Source of the DNA: Planctomycetota bacterium | GTDB taxonomy: Bacteria > Planctomycetota > GCA-002687715 > CAIWVZ01 | Length of the DNA: 64,000 nt | Direction: 5' to 3' | Assembly: GCA_044222185.1 (NCBI GenBank) | Contig: JBGANV010000001.1 | Location: forward strand, 192,001 to 256,000 | Shown: positions 53,517 to 63,803 of the stretch, one piece after another | Numbering within the stretch: the stretch's first letter is position 1 | Layout: every line of letters begins with the position of its first letter | Translations under genes and position numbers: made by a program | Notes under the pieces: generated by a model | Seen by the model: only the letters and a program-made list of their open reading frames with translations | The model's database searches: none | What the model was told of the DNA's origin: nothing

Positions 53517-55913
53517 ATGACGCAGACGACTTCCGGCTACGTCCTCCCGTTCGATCGCATCGACCTCGACGATCTGCCCCGCGTCGGAGGCAAGAACGCC
53601 TCGCTCGGGGAAATGGTTCGCGCGTTGAAGCCGGTCGGTGTCCAGGTGCCCGACGGGTTCGCGATCACCGTCGAAGCCTACCGCGATCAGATCCGAGGCG
53701 CCGGGCTCGAGCACGAGATCTCACGGCGCCTGGGTGCGTTGGACGTCACCGACGTCGGCGCGCTGAGCGAGACGGCGGCCTGGATCCGCGCCCGCGTCGC
53801 CGGCACTCGGCTGTCGAAGCCCATGGCCGATGCGATTCGGGGCGCCTACACGGATCTGTCGCAACGCTACGGCGAGGATGCGACCGACGTTGCCGTTCGG
53901 TCGTCAGCGACGGCGGAGGACCTGCCGACGGCGTCGTTCGCAGGACAACAGGAGACCTACCTGAACGTCCGCGGATTCGAGGCGCTGGATCGCGCGGTTC
54001 GCGATTGCATGGCGTCCTTGTTCACGGATCGGGCCATCGTCTACCGCGTGCAGAATGGGATCGCCCACGCCCAGGTGATGTTGTCGGTCGGGGTCCAGAA
54101 GATGGTCCGCAGCGACCTGGGCGCGGCCGGCGTCATCTTCACCCTCGACACGGAAAGCGGATTCCCGGGCGTCGTCCTCGTCACCGGCGCGTGGGGACTG
54201 GGCGAGGTCGTGGTGCAGGGCCGCGTCAACCCCGACGAGTTCTGGGTTCACAAGCAGACGCTGCGCGACGGGTTCCGTCCGATCGTGCGACGGGAGCTGG
54301 GTGACAAGGCGATCCGGCTCGTCTACGCCGACGGGGGGTCGCGGTCGGTGCGCGAGGAGCGCGTTCCGCGTGAGATGCGCTCCCGCGCGGTGCTGACCGA
54401 CGACGACGTTCTGCAACTCGCGCGATGGTCGCTCGTCATCGAGGATCATTACTCGCGACGCGCGGGCCATCCCACACCCATGGACATCGAATGGGCGAAG
54501 GACGGTCGCTCCGGTGCGTTGTTCGTCGTGCAGGCGCGGCCCGAGACCGTTCACGGGCGCGCGGGCACCCGCCTCGAACTGTTCAAGATGGCGGGACACG
54601 GGACGATCCTCGCGCGGGGCAAGAGCGTGGGAGCGCGCGTGGGCGTGGGTCGGGTCCGGCGCATCCGCGCGACTTCGGAGCTCAAGGACTTCCAACCGGG
54701 CGACGTTCTCGTCGCCGAGATGACCGATCCCGATTGGGAGCCCGTCCTCGCAAGGGCCTCGGCCGTCGTCACGGATCAGGGGGGCCGTACGTGTCACGCG
54801 GCGATCGTCTGCCGCGAGGCGCGGATCCCGTGCGTCGTGGGAACCGGCAACGCCACGTCGAGCCTGCCCGAAGGCGCGGACGTCACCGTCTCCTGCGCGG
54901 AGGGGGAGGTCGGCCGCGTCTATTCCGGGCGCGTGCCGTTCACACGCGAAGAGATCGACCCGGCGGGTCTGCCGACTCCGCCCGTCCCGCTCATGATGAA
55001 CGTGGCCGACCCCGACCAGGCGTTCCATCTTGCGTCGATCCCCGCGTCTGGGGTCGGCCTGTTGCGGATCGAGTTCCTCGTCTCCAATTGGATCGGCATC
55101 CATCCCATGGCGCTCGTCCATCCTGAACGCGTGGCGGACGACCCGACGCGGACCGAGATCGCGCGCCGGATCGGTGGTGCTTCGGATCCCGCAGGCTTCT
55201 TCGTGGACCGGATGGCGTCCGGCGTGGCCGTGATTGCGGCGGCGTTCCACCCCAGGCCCGTCATCGTCCGCTTCTCGGACTTCAAGACGAACGAGTACGC
55301 GCACTTGCTCGGCGGAGCGGCCTTCGAACCCGCCGAGGAGAACCCCATGATCGGGTTCCGGGGTGCGAGCCGTTACTACGACGATCGCTATCGCGAGGGG
55401 TTCGCTCTCGAGTGTCGCGCGCTGCGCAAGGTCCGCGACGAGATGGGGCTTCGCAACGTGAAGACCATGATCCCATTCTGCCGCACGCTCGAGGAAGGGC
55501 GGCGCGTCGTCGAGGAGATGCGCGTGAACGGGCTCGTGCGCGGCAAGGACGGGCTCGAAGTCTGGGTCATGTGCGAGATCCCGAACAACGTGATCCTCGC
55601 CGACGGGTTCAGCGAGCTCTTCGACGGCTTCTCCATCGGGAGCAACGATCTGACCCAGTTGACCCTGGGCGTGGACCGTGACAGCGAGATCCTCGCGCAC
55701 CTCTTCCAGGAGAACGACCCTGGGGTGAAGCGCATGATCGAGATGGTGATCACGACCGCGCACGAGAAGGGACGGAGGGTGGGGATCTGCGGACAGGCGC
55801 CCAGTGACGATCCCGAGTTCGCGGCCTGGCTGGTGTCGGTCGGGATCGACTCCATGTCGCTCACTCCTGATTCGATCGCGAACGTGGCTCGGCGGCTGGC
55901 CGTGCGCGCCTGA
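53517..55913 (+). CDS. ppsA: Phosphoenolpyruvate synthase (pyruvate, water dikinase)
   Basis: AGGAGG RBS; GGKNASLGEM, VRSSATAEDLP, SFAGQ, DIEWA, QARPET, GGRTCHAAI, SIGSNDLTQ, CGQAPSD. Confidence 0.97.
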   Translation: MTQTTSGYVLPFDRIDLDDLPRVGGKNASLGEMVRALKPVGVQVPDGFAITVEAYRDQIRGAGLEHEISRRLGALDVTDVGALSETAAWIRARVAGTRLSKPMADAIRGAYTDLSQRYGEDATDVAVRSSATAEDLPTASFAGQQETYLNVRGFEALDRAVRDCMASLFTDRAIVYRVQNGIAHAQVMLSVGVQKMVRSDLGAAGVIFTLDTESGFPGVVLVTGAWGLGEVVVQGRVNPDEFWVHKQTLRDGFRPIVRRELGDKAIRLVYADGGSRSVREERVPREMRSRAVLTDDDVLQLARWSLVIEDHYSRRAGHPTPMDIEWAKDGRSGALFVVQARPETVHGRAGTRLELFKMAGHGTILARGKSVGARVGVGRVRRIRATSELKDFQPGDVLVAEMTDPDWEPVLARASAVVTDQGGRTCHAAIVCREARIPCVVGTGNATSSLPEGADVTVSCAEGEVGRVYSGRVPFTREEIDPAGLPTPPVPLMMNVADPDQAFHLASIPASGVGLLRIEFLVSNWIGIHPMALVHPERVADDPTRTEIARRIGGASDPAGFFVDRMASGVAVIAAAFHPRPVIVRFSDFKTNEYAHLLGGAAFEPAEENPMIGFRGASRYYDDRYREGFALECRALRKVRDEMGLRNVKTMIPFCRTLEEGRRVVEEMRVNGLVRGKDGLEVWVMCEIPNNVILADGFSELFDGFSIGSNDLTQLTLGVDRDSEILAHLFQENDPGVKRMIEMVITTAHEKGRRVGICGQAPSDDPEFAAWLVSVGIDSMSLTPDSIANVARRLAVRA

Positions 55914-56071
55914 TTGTGCTCGCGACGGCCACGGGGAGCGCGGACGGACCGGAGATCGTGCCCCCACCGAAGCAATTCGACTCCCGGCACGGGTGCGCGG
56001 AGTCGTGGTACGCTCTGCCCTCGGTCTTGCAACCGGGTCCGTTTCGCAGTCAATCCTCGGGAGAGCTTCGC

Positions 56072-57709
56072 ATGAAGATCAGTACGGCACGGGTCGCATG
56101 GGTCCTGGCGCTCGGAGTGGCGTCGGTTTGCGGGCAGACGATCCTTCATTCCGGCCCGTTCGCGTTCTCCGGCACGACGAGCAAGAACGTCGTTCGGGCC
56201 GCGTCCGGCACGCTGTACGCCGTGTCCATCGCCGGCACCGGAACGTCGAACCCGGTGATCCTGCAGAGCTCCATCGACGGCGGTCAGACCTGGGCGACGG
56301 ACCCCTTCGTCTTCAACGACGCGACGTCGGGACTCAGCGGCCTGTCGACGACGTTGACGAACACGTGCACGGTCGCCATCGACGATCAGGACACGTTGCA
56401 CGTGACGTGGGCGGCGATCTACTACCCGAGCTACTACGCCCAGTACTACCGCAACTACAACCCGCTCACGTCCATCGCGTCAGCGATCCTCAACGTGGCG
56501 ACCGTGACCGGGGCGACGACGGGCACGGCAACGTTCGCGACGGACATCATCGTCGACCAATCGAACGTCGTCTGGATGGCGGCCAAGGGAACCTCGGCGT
56601 GGACCGAGCGCCTCATCCACAGCACGAACCCGTATGCGGCCGGCAACCTCTTCACCGACGTGGGACCCATCAGTCCGACGGCGTCTGCTCAGGTCAGCCG
56701 CCTCGCGATCGATGCCGCCGGCAACGTCCACTGCACGTTCTACCGGAACGTGGGTGCGGGGAACTACGAGCACCGCGTCTACACGCCCGGCATCGGGTGG
56801 GGGACGTCGATCGTCATCGGCAACACGACGCCGACGAACGACTACTACGGCAACATCGCCGCGGATGCGCTCGGCAACGTTCACGCGATCATCGCCAAGG
56901 ACACGTACACCACGAGCACGTGGCAGTTTCGCTACCGCCGTTGGGACGCGACTTTCGGGTGGGGACCCGAGGTGACGCTGTTCGACGCGACGCCGGCGCA
57001 ATACACCGGGATCGCGAACTACTACATCTTCGCTCTGGGGTGCGAGGAGTCCACCGGACTGGTGTCCGTCGTCTACCGCGACCTCACGTCGGGCGGTGCG
57101 CTGCGCGTCGTGCAGAAGGGGCTCACCGACGTCGCGTTCACCGCGCCCGCGGACATCACGACGCCTGCGGCAACGGCGCACGCCTACTACATGCCCACCA
57201 TCCGTGGCACGTTGTTCCCGGTCACGAACCGCACCGGTTTCGACCTGGACCTGACGTGGCAGGCGCGTCCGGCGGGGACGCCTACGCCGCCGTTCGAGTT
57301 CTGGTTCCGTCGGCTGACGGGCGGCTCGCCCGCGTCGATCACGCTGGGAACTCCGGCCGCGATCGGCACGACCGCCCAGGTGAACCTCTCGAGCCCGTTG
57401 GACCCCACCTCGGTCTACATCTGCGGGTTCTCCTTTGGGAATTCTCCGGGGATCCTCCTGCCTGATTTCCGCGTGATTCCGTTGAACCTGGACGACCTGC
57501 TCACGCTCTCGCTCACCGTCGGGAATCCGATCTTCCTCAACACGATTGGAGCCTTGTCGGCCTCCGGCACGGCGTCCGCCCAGATCGTGATCCCGCCGTA
57601 TCCTCCGATCATCGGAGCGACGATCTACGCTGCGTTCGTCGTGCCGAACCCGTCGACGACCTCCGGAATCGGAACGATCTCGCCCTCGCTCGCCATCACG
57701 TTCCAGTGA
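56072..57709 (+). CDS. Secreted beta-rich (BNR/Asp-box-like) protein with C-terminal domain shared with CDS 289-1518
   Basis: Signal peptide MKISTARVAWVLALGVASVCG; SIDGGQTW Asp-box; repeated aiD..GnvH blades; C-terminal PGILLPD.RVIPL..GALSASGTASAQIVIP. Confidence 0.8.
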   Translation: MKISTARVAWVLALGVASVCGQTILHSGPFAFSGTTSKNVVRAASGTLYAVSIAGTGTSNPVILQSSIDGGQTWATDPFVFNDATSGLSGLSTTLTNTCTVAIDDQDTLHVTWAAIYYPSYYAQYYRNYNPLTSIASAILNVATVTGATTGTATFATDIIVDQSNVVWMAAKGTSAWTERLIHSTNPYAAGNLFTDVGPISPTASAQVSRLAIDAAGNVHCTFYRNVGAGNYEHRVYTPGIGWGTSIVIGNTTPTNDYYGNIAADALGNVHAIIAKDTYTTSTWQFRYRRWDATFGWGPEVTLFDATPAQYTGIANYYIFALGCEESTGLVSVVYRDLTSGGALRVVQKGLTDVAFTAPADITTPAATAHAYYMPTIRGTLFPVTNRTGFDLDLTWQARPAGTPTPPFEFWFRRLTGGSPASITLGTPAAIGTTAQVNLSSPLDPTSVYICGFSFGNSPGILLPDFRVIPLNLDDLLTLSLTVGNPIFLNTIGALSASGTASAQIVIPPYPPIIGATIYAAFVVPNPSTTSGIGTISPSLAITFQ

Positions 57710-57847
57710 GCGCGCGCCGGGGGGCCTGCGCGTCCCCGAGTGCGTGAATGCGAGTCTCATGCGCGACGCGTCTTCGCGTCGCGCGAATCCCGCTGGCCGC
57801 GTCGCGGCGGCACAGCCACAATCCGGCATCCTTCGCGGAGCCCAGCC

Positions 57848-58843
57848 ATGGAATGTCCCGGTGTATCTTCCGACGCACGGCACGAGACGTTGGTGCCCTG
57901 CCCACGCGCGACGCCTACGTGCCTCACGACCTCGGGCGTGCTCGACTCCATCGGGAACACACCTCTCATGCTCATGCGCCGCGCGAGCGCCGATACGGGG
58001 TGCGCGATCTACGCGAAGGCGGAGTACCTGAACCCCGGCGGAAGCATCAAGGATCGCATCGCGCGCTTCATCATCGAGGAGGCGGAGAAACGCGGCGAGC
58101 TGCGCAAGGGCTCCACGATCCTCGAGGTGACGAGCGGGAACACGGGAATCGGGTTCTCCATGATGGGAGCGATCAAGGGCTACCGCGTCGTGATCATGAT
58201 GCCGAAGACCGTGAGCGAGGAACGTCGCCACATGATCCAGTCGTTCGGGGCCGAGCTTCACCTCCTGGAGGAACTGAACCGCATCCAGTCCGCGGTGAAA
58301 CGGACCATCGAGATCGCACGGGAAGATGCATCGATCTTCCTCCCGAGCCAGTTCGCCAATCCGGACAACCCGCGCTGCCACGAACTCACCACGGGTCCGG
58401 AGATCATCCAGCAGACCGGCGGGAAGTTCGACGCGTTCGTCATGGGCGTCGGCACGGGCGGAACGTTGATGGGTGTGGGACGGGCGATCCGTCACGCGAA
58501 GGTCGCCGCGCGCGTCGTCGCCGTCGAGCCCGACGAGTCGGCGGTGCTGTCGGGGGACCGCCCGGGGCACCACGGAATCCAAGGCCTGGCCGACGGGTTC
58601 ATCCCAGAGATCGTGCGCCAGAACGAGATCGACGAGGTGATCCGCATCCGCACCGAGGACGCCAAGGCCGAGTCCTTGCGGCTCGGTCGGGAAGAGGGTT
58701 TGCTCGTGGGCATCTCCGCGGGTGCCAACGTACTCGCTGCCACGCGGCTCGCGCGGCGCATGGGCCCTGGGCACACGATCGTGACCGTCCTTCCGGATCG
58801 GGGCGAGCGCTACCTCAGCCTGAAGACCGCGACGCCGCTCTGA
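57848..58843 (+). CDS. cysK: Cysteine synthase (O-acetylserine sulfhydrylase)
   Basis: IGNTPL, KAEYLNPGGSIKDR, TSGNTG, QFANP.N, GVGTGGT, HGIQG, GISAGAN, PDRGERYLS; start uncertain. Confidence 0.9.
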   Translation: MECPGVSSDARHETLVPCPRATPTCLTTSGVLDSIGNTPLMLMRRASADTGCAIYAKAEYLNPGGSIKDRIARFIIEEAEKRGELRKGSTILEVTSGNTGIGFSMMGAIKGYRVVIMMPKTVSEERRHMIQSFGAELHLLEELNRIQSAVKRTIEIAREDASIFLPSQFANPDNPRCHELTTGPEIIQQTGGKFDAFVMGVGTGGTLMGVGRAIRHAKVAARVVAVEPDESAVLSGDRPGHHGIQGLADGFIPEIVRQNEIDEVIRIRTEDAKAESLRLGREEGLLVGISAGANVLAATRLARRMGPGHTIVTVLPDRGERYLSLKTATPL

Positions 58844-58858
58844 GGGCCTGCGACGCCA

Positions 58859-60559
58859 TCATGGACGCACGACCCGCAGGAAGCGGTTCACAGCGACCCG
58901 CGTGAGGTTCGTCAGCGTGCCGTCGGGCCACCTCACGACGACCTCATCTGCGATCGTCGCCGCACCGATGCCGAAGTGGAGTCGCGGGTCGGGCGCACTG
59001 AGGTACGAGTCGCTGCTGAGAACCTCCCGCCGCTGGCGGCGTCCGCCAGCCACGACCTCGACCACCGTGCCCACAGGTGGGGCTTTTCCTTCGGCCGCGC
59101 AGACGATCGTCAGCCACGCGCCGTGCGGTGAGTCGTTCCGAAGCAGCGTCGGTGGCGCGTCGAGGTTCGAGATCGCGACGTCCAGGTCGCCGTCGTTGTC
59201 GTAGTCGCCGGCGGCGAGTCCGCGGCTGCAGCGCGCGACCCGGAACCCGGGTCCAGCGCGGGAGGACGCATCCGCGAATTTCCCCGAGCCGTCGTTTTCG
59301 AGCAGCGTTGGCGGCTGGAGGTACGTCGCTCCCTTGTCCGGATGCAGGTCGACCTGGGGGTAGATGTGCCCGTTCGCGACGACGAGGTCCAGATCGGCGT
59401 CGCAGTCGAAGTCGGCGAACGTCGTGCCCCAGGACATGGGGTGGAACGTCGCGGCAGCGATCCCCACTGCCGCGCTCACGTCCTCGAAGAAACCCTTGCC
59501 CGTGCCCCGGTAGAGCGTCGATGCATCGTCCGCGAAATTGGTGACGAAGACGTCGACGATCCCGTCGCCATCGGCGTCGCCGAACGTGAGTCCCATGCCT
59601 GCCTGCGCGGCGCCGTTGTGATCGAGCGCCGCCCCCGTCCACAATCCCACCTCTTCGAACGTCCCACCGCCCCGGTTGCGGAAGAGGTAATTCGGGTCGG
59701 AGTCGTTCGCCACGTAGAGGTCGACGTCGCCATCCTGATCCAGGTCCGTTGCGCCGGCGGCGAACCCAAAAGCCAGTGCCGCGTCCGTGAATCCCTGCGC
59801 CTTCGTGCGATCGGAGAACCGACCGTCGCCGTCGTTGTGAAGGAAGTGATCTGGCGCGCCGGCCAGTCCGAACGGGCCCACGGCCACCTTCTCGACGCCC
59901 TTCCAATCGAGCGTTCGTTGGGCGGAGAGGACGCTCTCGAGGGTGCAGTCGATGTAGGCGGCGACGTACAGATCGAGTCGACCGTCGCCGTCCGCATCGA
60001 AGAAGACCGCGCCAGTGTTCCAACGTGGAATCGTCACCCCCGCGCGCTCGGCCACGTCCTCGAAGGTGCCATCGCCTCGGTTGCGATAGAGGAGGTTGGC
60101 GCCGAACGTGGTCACGAACAGGTCTGGCCGACCGTCCCCGTCGAAGTCGCCGACGGCCACGCCGTTGCACCAGCGGCCTTCGCCGCCGACGTGCGCCTGC
60201 TCCGTCACGTCCTCGAACGTGCCGTCCCTCCGGTTGCGATAAAGCGTGTTGCGGCCGCGCTCGGAAACCGCGCCGGCCTGGATCGACCAGCCGTCGAGCA
60301 CGTAGAGGTCGATCCAACCGTCGCCGTCGAAGTCGATCCACGCGAGACCACACCCTGCCGAGTCCAGCAGGTGATCCTTGCCAGGCCGGCCCGCGTGACT
60401 GGCGCGGGTGATGCCGGCAGCAGCCGCCACGTCGACGAACGCGAACCCGACGGCCGCCGTCGCCGCTGCGGGCGCGGCCGTTTGCGGTGGAGAGCACCCC
60501 GTACCGAGGGCTGCGACGAACCAAACCCCCGCAACGGCGATGCGGGCCGCGCGCGTCAC
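58859..60559 (-). CDS. CRTAC1-family FG-GAP repeat lipoprotein with ASPIC/UnbV domain
   Basis: GTG overlapping upstream stop; lipobox-like LGTGC; repeated D.DGDG..DL and N.LYRN.G.G.FEDV; C-terminal SYLS..D.RLHFGIG, VRWP.G. Confidence 0.9.
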   Translation of the reverse strand: MTRAARIAVAGVWFVAALGTGCSPPQTAAPAAATAAVGFAFVDVAAAAGITRASHAGRPGKDHLLDSAGCGLAWIDFDGDGWIDLYVLDGWSIQAGAVSERGRNTLYRNRRDGTFEDVTEQAHVGGEGRWCNGVAVGDFDGDGRPDLFVTTFGANLLYRNRGDGTFEDVAERAGVTIPRWNTGAVFFDADGDGRLDLYVAAYIDCTLESVLSAQRTLDWKGVEKVAVGPFGLAGAPDHFLHNDGDGRFSDRTKAQGFTDAALAFGFAAGATDLDQDGDVDLYVANDSDPNYLFRNRGGGTFEEVGLWTGAALDHNGAAQAGMGLTFGDADGDGIVDVFVTNFADDASTLYRGTGKGFFEDVSAAVGIAAATFHPMSWGTTFADFDCDADLDLVVANGHIYPQVDLHPDKGATYLQPPTLLENDGSGKFADASSRAGPGFRVARCSRGLAAGDYDNDGDLDVAISNLDAPPTLLRNDSPHGAWLTIVCAAEGKAPPVGTVVEVVAGGRRQRREVLSSDSYLSAPDPRLHFGIGAATIADEVVVRWPDGTLTNLTRVAVNRFLRVVRP

Positions 60560-61101
60560 CGTGCGGATATTCCGAGCAACTCCCATTGCGCCGCGACGCG
60601 GCTGAACGCCGCGGAGAGTTGATCGGTCGTGCCGCCATCCGCGGCCTTGCCGATCGTCGTCGCGACATCGAGCAACGCTTTCTTCGCGGCTCGCGTGACG
60701 ATCACGTATCCCTCGTCGTACAGACCCTGCGCCTCGGCATTCGCGTGGTGGTGATGGCCGCCGTCGATGAGCCGTTTGCGAATTCCCCCGACGGCGTTGT
60801 CGCCCTCGTTGCCCAGTTCGGCGACCAATGCCGCGAGCGATTCGATCTCCACCTTCGCGGGTTGTCCGGCCTTGAGCTTGGCATTCGCCTGTTCGAAGGT
60901 GCTCCGAGCGCGCTCGTAGGTCTCGGCGAGGATCGCGCGCACGATGTTCGACTCCGTCTTGTTCAACGCGAGGATCCCGTCGGCGAGGCTGCTGTACGTC
61001 GCGACGAGATCTTTGGGCGTTGCTCGCGGGGCTTCGGCGCGGTGGAAATAGCCCAGACATCCAACTGCGACGCAGGCGACGATGCAGGACGTTGTCTTCA
61101 C
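60556..61101 (-). CDS. Exported helical hypothetical protein with GGHHHH motif
   Basis: Signal-like N-terminus; coding-like composition; GNEGD..IRKRL..GGHHHH; coupled to the CRTAC1 gene. Confidence 0.7.
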   Translation of the reverse strand: MKTTSCIVACVAVGCLGYFHRAEAPRATPKDLVATYSSLADGILALNKTESNIVRAILAETYERARSTFEQANAKLKAGQPAKVEIESLAALVAELGNEGDNAVGGIRKRLIDGGHHHHANAEAQGLYDEGYVIVTRAAKKALLDVATTIGKAADGGTTDQLSAAFSRVAAQWELLGISAR

Positions 61102-61314
61102 GGGTTCGGCTCCTCAGATTCTCCGGCGGGCCCACCGTCGTTCGGCGGGCCCGCCACCCTGGGCGCGTCGATCGCGGAATACGATCGTGGGCGAATTGTC
61201 CCACGCGGGCCGCGCGCGCGCGAGCGTTCCCATGACGTGGCCCCTCGCAGTTCACGGCATCGACGACCGAGAGCCGGGGAGGTGCCCGCGGCTTCGTGCG
61301 ATCGCGACGCCGCC

Positions 61315-61974
61315 TCACCGGCCCGGAAGGACGCTGCGCTCGGCCAGGATCTCCACGACCTCATGGTCGTCCACCTGCCGGAAGTCGTCGTAGTAGTCAC
61401 CGATGGCGACCAGATCGGTCGGGGCCGTGAGCGTGCAGATGCCGTGGACGTCGGCTGCGAAGGAACGGATGGACGACGCCGCCGCGACCGGGACGGCCAG
61501 GATGATCCGTCGTGCACCTCGTTCGCGGGCCAGCATGACGGCAACCCGCGCGGTCGCCCCGGTCGCCAGGCCGTCGTCCACGATCACGACGTCCTTCCCG
61601 CGAATCACCGGGCGTGTCCGATCGGCGACGAAGCGGCCGATTCGGCGTGCGAGCTCGCTCTGAGCCGTCTCGACGGCCTTGTCGACGGCATCGAGGTCGA
61701 GCCCTGCGGCGTCGACGGCGTCATGGTCGATGTACTCGACTCCATCCTCGGCGACCGCTCCTACGGCGTACTCGGGGTTGTCCGCCGGCGTGACCTTGCG
61801 AACGACGAAGACATCCAGGGGAGCGCCGAGCTGTCGTGCCACGGCGTCCGCGACGACGACACCTCCGCGAGGAAGGCCGATCACGATCGGTGAGATCCCT
61901 GGAAACGAAGTGAGAACGCTTCGGCCCAGGAGTTCGCCCGCTTCCCGGCGATCGCGGAAGATTGGCGCGTCCAT
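61315..61974 (-). CDS. Type I phosphoribosyltransferase family protein
   Basis: FRDRREAG..L, GLPRGG, VRK..P...E.AVGA, PRPP loop VDDGLATGAT, AIG.YY.DF.QV.D.EV. Confidence 0.9.
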   Translation of the reverse strand: MDAPIFRDRREAGELLGRSVLTSFPGISPIVIGLPRGGVVVADAVARQLGAPLDVFVVRKVTPADNPEYAVGAVAEDGVEYIDHDAVDAAGLDLDAVDKAVETAQSELARRIGRFVADRTRPVIRGKDVVIVDDGLATGATARVAVMLARERGARRIILAVPVAAASSIRSFAADVHGICTLTAPTDLVAIGDYYDDFRQVDDHEVVEILAERSVLPGR

Positions 61975-62072
61975 GGTCGACCTCCGATGTCGCGGAATGT
62001 ACAGCGGAGGCTCGTCATCAACCGACAGGTCTTGTGCGTAGCCGCAAAGTGCGAAGCGACGGCCGCGCGCGA

Positions 62073-63785
62073 TCACTGCGCGCGATAGGGTCGGTACACC
62101 GGTTCCCACATCACGGCATCGACCCGCGCATCGATCTCGGCCTCCGTGAAATCGCGACTCGCGCGGGCTTCCACGATGGCGCGTCCCACGGCACGGGCGA
62201 CGTCGCCGGAGACGGCGCGCAGCGACTCGATCGGCGGGAAGATCGGATCTTCGCGCTTCGTGAGCGTGCTGCTGTACTCGGCGACGGCTTGGCTTGCAGC
62301 CAGGAATACCGAGTCCGGCAACCAGCGGGCGCCGACGGCGATCGCGCCGAGACCGACGCCTGGGAAGATCAGCGCATTGTTTCCCTGTCCGACGGCGATC
62401 TTCGCGCCCTGATAGTCGACGGGCGGGAACGGGCTGCCGGTGCCGATCGTCGCGGCGCCGTCGGTCCAGCGGATGATGTTCTCGGGAGTCGCCTCGATCT
62501 TCTTCGTCGGGTTGCTGAGCGCGAGGATGATCGGCCGCGGGCATCCGGCGTGGATCGCGCGCACGATGTCCTCGGTGAACGCGCCGGGCTGTCCGGAGCA
62601 TCCGACGACGATCGTCGGCTTGAAGCCACGCACGACGTCCATGAGTCCGAGGGGGCCGGAGCCTGCCGGCCGGAAGCTCTGGACGAGGGAGGTGGGGGCC
62701 GCGAGCGCCGCCTTGTGGCCTGAAAGACCAGGGCGGTCTGCGACGATGAGGCCACGCGAATCGAGAAGCACGACGCGGTCACGAATTGCGGCGTCGTTCA
62801 AGCCCGCGGCGGCCATGAGCCCGCGGACGGACATGGCGCACCCGCCGCCGGAAGCCCCGGCGCCGTAGAAGACGACGCGTTCGTCGCGGATGGAACGGCC
62901 GAGGCGGTGCAGCGCCGTCTCGATGCCGGCCGCGACGATGGCGCCCGTCCCCTGGATGTCGTCGTTGAAGCAGGCGATCCGCGTCCGGTACCGCTCGAGG
63001 ATCGCGAACGCGTTGTCGTTGGAGAAGTCCTCCCACTGAACGACCACGCCGGGGAGCACCGCGGCGATCGCCTCGACGAGCTCGTCGAGGAGTTCGAAAT
63101 ACGGAGCCCCGCGCAGGCGCTTGTGCCGGACGCCCAGGTAGAGCGGGTCCGCCAGCAGCGCTTCGTTGTCCGTGCCCACGTCGAAGTCGATGGGGAGGCA
63201 CGCAGCCGGATGGATCCCGGCACCTGCGGTGTAGAGCGCGAGCTTGCCGATGGGGATTCCCATCCCGCCCACGCCGAGATCGCCGAGCCCCAGGATTCCC
63301 TCGTTGTCGGTGAGGACGATGATCCGCGCTTCCTCACGCCGTGCCGCGCGGAGGACGTCGATCATGCGTCCCTTGTCGCGCGTGGAGATGTAGATGCCGC
63401 GGGGTCGCCGGAAGATGTGGCTGTACTCTTCGCACACACGTCCCACGGTCGGCGTGTAGATGATCGGCGCCATCTCTTCGATGTGGTCGATGACGAGCCG
63501 ATAGAAGAGCGTTTCGTTCCTGTCCTGCAGGGCCGAGAGGAACAGGTATTTCGCGACGTCGTCCTTGCTGCGCTGGTAGTTCTCGTAGGCGCGGAGCTGC
63601 TGCTCCTCGAACGTCGAGATGGCCGGTGGGAGGAGACCCTCGAGCCCGAGGGCCCGTCGCTCCTCCGCCGTGAAACAGGTTCCCTTGTTCAGGAGGGGGT
63701 CGTTCAGAAGCGCCTGGCCGCGCTTCGTCACTCCCAGTCCCATCTCGATCGAAAACGAACCGGCCCTGGTGTCTCCGCGACTCAT
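62073..63785 (-). CDS. maeA: NAD-dependent malic enzyme
   Basis: P.LNKGT.F, NETLFY, IYTPTVG, ILGLGD.G, GKL.LY, QWEDF, FNDDIQGT, GAGA.G, LSNPT, Q.NN..IFPG. Confidence 0.92.
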   Translation of the reverse strand: MSRGDTRAGSFSIEMGLGVTKRGQALLNDPLLNKGTCFTAEERRALGLEGLLPPAISTFEEQQLRAYENYQRSKDDVAKYLFLSALQDRNETLFYRLVIDHIEEMAPIIYTPTVGRVCEEYSHIFRRPRGIYISTRDKGRMIDVLRAARREEARIIVLTDNEGILGLGDLGVGGMGIPIGKLALYTAGAGIHPAACLPIDFDVGTDNEALLADPLYLGVRHKRLRGAPYFELLDELVEAIAAVLPGVVVQWEDFSNDNAFAILERYRTRIACFNDDIQGTGAIVAAGIETALHRLGRSIRDERVVFYGAGASGGGCAMSVRGLMAAAGLNDAAIRDRVVLLDSRGLIVADRPGLSGHKAALAAPTSLVQSFRPAGSGPLGLMDVVRGFKPTIVVGCSGQPGAFTEDIVRAIHAGCPRPIILALSNPTKKIEATPENIIRWTDGAATIGTGSPFPPVDYQGAKIAVGQGNNALIFPGVGLGAIAVGARWLPDSVFLAASQAVAEYSSTLTKREDPIFPPIESLRAVSGDVARAVGRAIVEARASRDFTEAEIDARVDAVMWEPVYRPYRAQ

Positions 63786-63803
63786 TGGCTCATACCCCTC
63801 AGA

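Noticed and set aside
57740-57937. Cys-containing N-terminal extension of CysK as a regulatory domain
   Set aside because: Start codon is uncertain; the extension may not be translated.
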